In this document: positions 58,228 through 64,000 of the stretch, in pieces
Layout of the letters: every line of letters starts with the position of its first letter
Position numbering within the stretch: position 1 is the stretch's first letter
From: a virus
Strand: one strand, 5' to 3'
IMG/VR virus record: IMGVR_UViG_3300042867_001289
Coordinates: 1-64,000 of that record
DNA: 64,000 nt
Made by a program: the position numbers and the translations under genes
Notes under the pieces: model-generated
Told to the model about the DNA's origin: nothing
The model's database searches: none
The model's input: the letters and a program-made list of their open reading frames with translations, nothing else

Positions 58228-58488
58228 ATGATTGACGAAGAGACAGACCTACCAATCGACACAACCGAACCAAGGTTCCCAGAAGTAGAACTTACGGTTG
58301 ACATCTTTGGAACAGAAGGAAACGCCTTCTTTCTTATCAGCAAGGTGCGTAGGGAGCTGGCATATCACGATGCGAGCGAAGAGGAAGTCGAAGAGTTTGA
58401 TAAGGAAGCCAAGTCTGGCGATTACCAGAATGTGCTTGACACAATTGGTAGGTGGATTACCTTTACTTACTTTCCAGAGCCTTTCTAA
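58228..58488 (+). CDS. Small conserved phage protein
   Basis: GTEGNAF..EAKSGDYQNVL. Confidence 0.75.
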   Translation: MIDEETDLPIDTTEPRFPEVELTVDIFGTEGNAFFLISKVRRELAYHDASEEEVEEFDKEAKSGDYQNVLDTIGRWITFTYFPEPF

Positions 58489-58569
58489 GAACCTTCTCAG
58501 TGTCCCCCTTGACAAGCAGTCGGGGGGACACTACAATGTACACATACCAACCAACAAGGAGCCAAAACA

Positions 58570-59022
58570 ATGGAAATACGATTCGAACTATGGCAAGCAT
58601 TCGACGATGAAGACTTCTTCTCCCGTCGCACACCCTGCCCAATGCGCCCACAATACTCAGGAATGATCGAATTCAATGCCGGACCAGACGGCAAGCTGCC
58701 AGTCTACCCAACACTCGACAAGCTGTTCGAGATGTTCAACATCAACCACCCCCACGACTTCACCGGACACTCATTGAGCGTTCACGACATCGTCGTCCTA
58801 GGTGAAACGTCTTACCAGTGCATGCCAATCGGATGGGAAATCTGCTCAGCACCTTCAATCAAAGGGCCAGCAGACGTTGTTGAACTGCCCTTCATGGACC
58901 CTCGGGCCACAGTCTGTGGACACTGCAGACGAGGATGGGACGACACCGTAGCCACAGGCTGGACACCCGTACCATCCGGCAGGTGCCCATTCGAGTACGA
59001 GCATGAGTACGAGGATGACTAA
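58570..59022 (+). CDS. YodL-like domain protein with C-terminal Cys motif
   Basis: LFEMFNINHPHDFTGHSLSVHDIVVL; CGHC..RCP. Confidence 0.75.
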   Translation: MEIRFELWQAFDDEDFFSRRTPCPMRPQYSGMIEFNAGPDGKLPVYPTLDKLFEMFNINHPHDFTGHSLSVHDIVVLGETSYQCMPIGWEICSAPSIKGPADVVELPFMDPRATVCGHCRRGWDDTVATGWTPVPSGRCPFEYEHEYEDD

Positions 59023-59217
59023 TCCTGGGCACGTCCGGGGCTGGTCGCATTATCGACACTAGCCCCCGACGGCCTGCACTGGGCGAGCCACACGCCCGCC
59101 ATTAGGGTAGCCGACAAAATGCCCCCTGAGCGAATACTTATTAACTTTGTTCAACAAATTGACTAAAGTCCTACATTTTGCTATCATGTACACATACCAA
59201 CTACTAAGGAGCTAACA

Positions 59218-59817
59218 ATGCTTTATAACAACTACACAGTAATGCCCTCACATTCTTCCAATTTGGAAAACGTCGAATTTATCAACGTTGACTCAGGCCT
59301 AAATGAGAGCACCGGCTATACCGCCACGATCACATTCACCGACCTGCCAGACAACCTACTGACGGGATTCGAGGTCCAACGAGCCATCTCTCAGGCCCTC
59401 CAAAATGACGAATACCATCTGATGGTAACTTGCTTCGGGCCAGAGGCTCCGCTGAGCGACGAAATCTTCGGTCAGATCTTCGAGGGTTACCTCACAGCAG
59501 CCGCATGGCTATCCGTTGACGACACTGGGGCTGGAACTTTCATGCAGTCCGGCAACTTCGACGAGCGAGCAAGAACGCATGCTCTGGGCGAGCTACAGGA
59601 TTTCCTGGGCCTAGCCTCTGTCGATGTTAGGGAATACCTTTCAACGAATCAGCCAGAGCAACTAGGGCACGATTTCTTCCTAACTCGGAATCGTCACGGT
59701 GCCGGATTCTGGGATCGTGGACTAGGTGACCTTGGTCAACGTCTTACCGAGGCTTCCCATACTTATGGTGAGACCAATTACTACGTTGACGAGACCGGTA
59801 ACATTACGTCTTACTGA
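59218..59817 (+). CDS. Conserved phage protein
   Basis: QLGHDFFLTRNRHGAGFWDR. Confidence 0.75.
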   Translation: MLYNNYTVMPSHSSNLENVEFINVDSGLNESTGYTATITFTDLPDNLLTGFEVQRAISQALQNDEYHLMVTCFGPEAPLSDEIFGQIFEGYLTAAAWLSVDDTGAGTFMQSGNFDERARTHALGELQDFLGLASVDVREYLSTNQPEQLGHDFFLTRNRHGAGFWDRGLGDLGQRLTEASHTYGETNYYVDETGNITSY

Positions 59818-59964
59818 GAATTCTGTCAGGTTGCATCACATCCTGTGCTCTGCTTCAGCCCCTGACAGCTAGGGTCAGATCGGCTCCCCGCTGGTCTGGC
59901 CCGACTTGACAAAGCAAATACTACCTGCTATTATGTACACATACCAACCAACAAGGAGCCAGCA

Positions 59965-60225
59965 ATGAACGAAGTAATCGCAGTATTCAGCCAGAGTGAG
60001 CTTACTAGACTCAAATTGGCCGTCATGGACAGAAGAGACAAGCTAAGAGAATGCGCAGACCCAAGGTCTTCAGACATGGAAGAGCTTGGAGAGAAGCTGA
60101 ATCAAATAGAAAGTCGAAATGACATGCGGGATCGGGCAGATCAATGGGATCTACTTGAGGCTATAGAGAAGTCCGATTACTTCGCCATCAAAGCAGAGGC
60201 TAGAGCCCAGTCAATGCCAATTTGA
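59965..60225 (+). CDS. Hypothetical protein
   Basis: Own promoter and RBS. Confidence 0.7.
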   Translation: MNEVIAVFSQSELTRLKLAVMDRRDKLRECADPRSSDMEELGEKLNQIESRNDMRDRADQWDLLEAIEKSDYFAIKAEARAQSMPI

Positions 60226-60282
60226 CAAAGTGGCTAGTAGCTGCTACACTGTACACATACCAACAAACACAAGGAGCCAGTA

Positions 60283-60462
60283 ATGAACGTAAACGAATTT
60301 TTAGAAGCAGTAATGACACCGCAATACCATGCGGCCATCCAAGAAGTCTTCGAGACAATCCTGCCCGAGATGTACGACGGCACACTGCCCGACACGATTC
60401 TGGCAGCCATGCAAGACATCAGCTGGGAATTTGGAATCGAATTCAACGGGGAGATGCTGTAA
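60283..60462 (+). CDS. Small acidic protein
   Basis: MNVNEFLEAV..; promoter and RBS; not in track. Confidence 0.7.
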   Translation: MNVNEFLEAVMTPQYHAAIQEVFETILPEMYDGTLPDTILAAMQDISWEFGIEFNGEML

Positions 60463-60725
60463 TGTCTAACAAATATGAAGTATCAGTACATACGCCACAC
60501 CCAAGCATGGAAAATCGCCTTGCACCGGGCTACTGGCGAGCAAACCAAGAGAATGTTGACCAAATGTTCGATGCAGGAGCAACAGAAATAGGTCTTTATG
60601 TTGTTCTAGATGGCGGCAACCGCAGATTTGTGAAGCGGATTTCTGAAGCTTCACGATTTGCTGACGCTCTACGCTTTGCGTACAAGCGGTACGCTCCTTC
60701 TAGTTCTAGAAGAGCATTTTCTTAA
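60462..60725 (+). CDS. Hypothetical protein
   Basis: TAATG coupling. Confidence 0.6.
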   Translation: MSNKYEVSVHTPHPSMENRLAPGYWRANQENVDQMFDAGATEIGLYVVLDGGNRRFVKRISEASRFADALRFAYKRYAPSSSRRAFS

Positions 60726-60843
60726 GAACGTTCCTGATCCCTATACCCGATCAGGAGCTAGTCCTCGGCACCACTGGCCTCCTCTCTCTCAGAGGTGCCG
60801 GGGCTATTTTTAAAAGAGCTTGACCCCGCCCTAGCGTACCGTC

Positions 60844-61260
60844 CTACGCTACGGTGGTGCGGTCAGCATCAGCAACGCGGGGGGAAGTCGATGGCTCCTC
60901 TTCCCTCCGCCTTGCTATTTCCAGAATCTGATGAACCCGTTGGCGTGATAGACCATAGGTCTCCCCAATGACTTGCAAGGTCACACCACTTGACCGCATC
61001 GCCACAATCTCAGTGTTACGGCCTGACTTAGACTTAGGACCAGGCTGAAGAACCCAAGCCCAATCTGCGCGGCCTTCAAGAGCAATGATCATGTCTTGCT
61101 GTAGCTCGCCTAGGCGGTAGTATGTGCGAATCGAGGATACCCACCGCCCTAGTGGTACAGTGCCCTCCATGTGCTTCACAGGGACTCTAGCGGTGCCTTC
61201 TCGGTCGATATAGGTATCAAGTGCTTCTAGGTACTTTGTTGCTTTGTTTAGTGATTTCAT
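60844..61260 (-). CDS. Helicase-associated (HA) domain plus sigma-70 region 4 HTH protein
   Basis: G..RVP..H.E..LGRWV..R; TLQVIGETYGLSRQRVHQI. Confidence 0.8.
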   Translation of the reverse strand: MKSLNKATKYLEALDTYIDREGTARVPVKHMEGTVPLGRWVSSIRTYYRLGELQQDMIIALEGRADWAWVLQPGPKSKSGRNTEIVAMRSSGVTLQVIGETYGLSRQRVHQILEIARRREEEPSTSPRVADADRTTVA

Positions 61261-61372
61261 ACTGCCATGTTACATCATCTAGATGACTTTGTAAAGCCAT
61301 ACCGCAGCATCAACTTGACAACCCCTGTTTCAACATATACAATACCCACCTACAACAAACGAAAAGAGCCAA

Positions 61373-61702
61373 ATGGAATTCATCCTAGCTGAACTAAACA
61401 ACGAAGAAACGCAATCATCAGCACTCGTAGTCGCCGCACCAAAAGCAGAAGACTCCAGACAAAAAATGATTGCCTACCCCACACCCCTAACCCCAGACTA
61501 CGAAATGCGATTCATCATCGCCATCGACGACAACATCGTCAACGAAGTAATCGAACGAGACGCAGAAAACGGTGACACACAATCATGGGATCGCATGATG
61601 GAAGCAGCCTGCTCCCTCGCCCAACACAACACCGAAACCCAACTCAAAGCAAAACAATGGTCCATCCACGAACAGGACAACAAAAATGACTACAACGAAT
61701 AA
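61373..61702 (+). CDS. Hypothetical protein
   Basis: TTGACA..TACAAT promoter. Confidence 0.7.
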   Translation: MEFILAELNNEETQSSALVVAAPKAEDSRQKMIAYPTPLTPDYEMRFIIAIDDNIVNEVIERDAENGDTQSWDRMMEAACSLAQHNTETQLKAKQWSIHEQDNKNDYNE

Positions 61703-62018
61703 AGAAACACAAGAAACACAAGACACCAACCAACACGTCGCAACCGTATTCGAATACTGGGTATCCAAAACATGGACAGGCCGCGGTGTCTACCCCGTAC
61801 TCTCAGAAAAGCGACGCAAACTAATCCAACGCTGCATCAAAACCTACGGATTCGAAGCAGCCCTAGCAGTAGTAGACGGAGCCATAGCCTCAGACTGGCA
61901 CACAGGGTCAAACCCAAGTGGCAAACGCTACCTCTCCATCGAACTACTCTACCGAGACGCAGAACACATCGAGTCATTCGTCGAAAACGCAGAAGAAGCC
62001 AACGGAGAACCCTTCTAA
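61686..62018 (+). CDS. Phage replication initiator-like C-terminal domain protein
   Basis: VFEYW..LSEKRRKLI..WHTGSN..YLSIELL.R. Confidence 0.65.
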   Translation: MTTTNKETQETQDTNQHVATVFEYWVSKTWTGRGVYPVLSEKRRKLIQRCIKTYGFEAALAVVDGAIASDWHTGSNPSGKRYLSIELLYRDAEHIESFVENAEEANGEPF

Positions 62019-62461
62019 TGAACAAAGAAGAAACAGTCGCAATCGTCGAACGCGTCTGGGCATCATGGGGGTCCCGACCCGAAAACCCAGAAGAACGCAA
62101 ACAAACCTACGCCGCATGGTTCGAAATCCTCAGCGACATCGAACGGGACCTCGTAGCACAAACTGTCAACGACCTCATCACGGCAGACGGCTACAAGCCC
62201 CGACCAGGGACAGTGCGCCGCAAAGTGCTCCTCAAAGGCAGAGAAGCCCCGACAAAGGCCGAAGCATGGAACGAAGCGCAGAAGCTTCGCCAGTCGCTCC
62301 TCACCGGAAACAACGCCCCGGCAGTCCACCCACTTACCCTAGCTACAATAAACAAGATTGGGTCCGTCGCCGATCTCAACACCGGGGCTGACAGAGAGTT
62401 CTTCCTCAACACCTACACCGAAACCGTCAACGCCTGGGAAGCAGAGATAACGGGACTATGA
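62018..62461 (+). CDS. Replicative helicase loader/inhibitor-like protein
   Basis: MNKEETVAIV..AWFEILSD..P.PG.VR..AEAW; precedes primase-helicase. Confidence 0.6.
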   Translation: MNKEETVAIVERVWASWGSRPENPEERKQTYAAWFEILSDIERDLVAQTVNDLITADGYKPRPGTVRRKVLLKGREAPTKAEAWNEAQKLRQSLLTGNNAPAVHPLTLATINKIGSVADLNTGADREFFLNTYTETVNAWEAEITGL

Positions 62462-64000
62462 ACCCAATAGACACAGTACTAACTAGCCTCCAAGGAGTGA
62501 AAAAAGTTGGAGAATCAGCATGGTCAGCAAAATGCCCGTGCCGTAACGACGACGACAACCCCAGCCTTTCCATCGGAATAGGCCGAGACAACAGGGTTCT
62601 ACTTAACTGCCACCGCGGTAACGGCGGCTGCGACACCAACCAAATCTGCGACTCAATAGGACTAACCATGACAGACCTCTACGAAAAGAAATCAGAGCCA
62701 CGAGAAACCCTCACGCTCACCAACACCTACCTGTACACCAACGAAGAAGGCGAAGTCCTTTTCCGCAAACTCCGATTCAAAGACAGTGCAGGTAAAAAAA
62801 CTTTCCGGCAGCAACACCCAGAAGGAAACGAATGGGTCTCAGGGCGCGCCGGGGCTGACCCCGTCCTCTACCGTCTACCCGCAGTCAAACAAGCCATCTC
62901 CGACCGTGCCGACATCTGGGTATGCGAAGGCGAAAAAGATGTCGACGCAGTAACCGAAGCGGGACGGTGCGGAACAACAATGCCCGACGGGGCTGGCAAA
63001 TGGAAACCAATCCACACAGCCCAAATTGCCGGGGCTCGCAGGGTAGTTATCGTCGCAGATAACGACCCCATCGGGACTGAGCACGCATGGGCCGTACACG
63101 ACGCCATCGTCGGGGCTGTCGAGAAAGTCATTGTCGTCTCAGCCCCGCAAGGCAAAGATGCTTACGATTTTATTCACGTTCACCGGGGCGACCTAGCCGA
63201 CATGGCACCGCTTGCCCGTCCCGGAGAAACCCAAATTGAAATCCCCACCGGGACTGACGAGTTCAGTGAGATCGCCAGGGGGATCGCAGACCTCGTAAAG
63301 TCCGACGCCCCGCTCACATCCAAATTGATGAGAGCCAGGAACCTGATTGATCGTGCCGAGGTAGATGGCATTCAGCAGGATGGCAGGCTTGTCACCTGGA
63401 CTGACTTCGTAAACGAAATTGAAGACGACAAATATGATTGGGTTATCCCAGGGGTTCTCGAACGGCAAGAACGAGTGATCGTCGTCGCCGCCGAAGGTGT
63501 AGGTAAAACAACTCTTGCCCGTCAAATTGCGATTTGTACCGCAGCAGGGATACAGCCATTCACCCGATCAGGGATGGCCCCCATCAGAACACTGTTCGTC
63601 GACCTCGAAAACCCTGAAAGAATTATCAGGAGAATGTCCAGGAAGATTGTTGCAGCAGCAGAACACTACCGGCCCCACAAAGGAGCCCCAATCAACGCAC
63701 ACCTCCTCATGAAACCCGACGGGATGAATCTCCTCGAAGCAGCAGACCGCATCCTCCTAGAAGAAACCATCGAACGAACCCAACCAGACCTGCTAGTCCT
63801 GGGGCCCCTGTACAAATCGTTTATCGATCCAGGCGGCAAAACATCCGAATCGGTCGCAGTCGCAGTAGCCAAATATCTTGACTACATCAGGTGGACATAC
63901 GACTGTGCACTCTGGTTAGAACACCACGCCCCGCTAGGCGGTTCCGGTGGCAGAGACATGCGCCCCTTCGGTTCCGCTGTGTGGTCCCGCTGGCCCGAAT
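62458..64000 (+). CDS. DNA primase-helicase (Zn domain, TOPRIM, AAA_25/RepA), truncated by the window
   Basis: Not in track: AKCPC..PSLS..NCH; CEGEKD..VADND; AAEGVGKTT; VDLEN. Confidence 0.9.
   Translation, partial: MNPIDTVLTSLQGVKKVGESAWSAKCPCRNDDDNPSLSIGIGRDNRVLLNCHRGNGGCDTNQICDSIGLTMTDLYEKKSEPRETLTLTNTYLYTNEEGEVLFRKLRFKDSAGKKTFRQQHPEGNEWVSGRAGADPVLYRLPAVKQAISDRADIWVCEGEKDVDAVTEAGRCGTTMPDGAGKWKPIHTAQIAGARRVVIVADNDPIGTEHAWAVHDAIVGAVEKVIVVSAPQGKDAYDFIHVHRGDLADMAPLARPGETQIEIPTGTDEFSEIARGIADLVKSDAPLTSKLMRARNLIDRAEVDGIQQDGRLVTWTDFVNEIEDDKYDWVIPGVLERQERVIVVAAEGVGKTTLARQIAICTAAGIQPFTRSGMAPIRTLFVDLENPERIIRRMSRKIVAAAEHYRPHKGAPINAHLLMKPDGMNLLEAADRILLEETIERTQPDLLVLGPLYKSFIDPGGKTSESVAVAVAKYLDYIRWTYDCALWLEHHAPLGGSGGRDMRPFGSAVWSRWPE

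Noticed and set aside
1-64000. Reverse transcriptase/DGR, transposase or alternative genetic code
   Set aside because: No RT or transposase motifs or TR/VR pair seen; genes are intact in the standard code and use all three stop codons.

Overview
This window is part of a large tailed-phage genome, probably infecting an actinobacterium (two WhiB genes, an Rpf-like transglycosylase, a Thr-rich secreted protein, actinobacterial-type SSB). 1-15.6 kb (minus strand): head module with a portal-MuF fusion, an extended HK97 prohead protease, a PepSY protein and large putative virion-packaged effectors (HipA/PI3-4-like kinases, a zincin metallopeptidase) that share a DxDxDG-type N-terminal motif. 15.7-35 kb: terminase, Rad52-like annealing protein, RecB/Cas4-like nuclease, glycosyltransferase, GNAT effector, HNH, RuvC-like, ParB-like, dCMP deaminase, SSB, deacetylase, phosphatase, DUF932 and a tRNA(CAT). 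35.4-60.7 kb: the most unusual part, about 55-60 short genes, most in their own promoter-leader-ORF-hairpin unit. The first ~42 form about 18 back-to-back promoter pairs, either centred on a CTGAG-N6-CTCAG palindrome 17-18 bp from each -35 or joined by a longer conserved palindromic spacer, and are separated by polar C-tract/inverted-repeat spacers. 60.8-64 kb: replication module (primase-helicase, truncated). All calls were made by eye from motifs; no database search was run.
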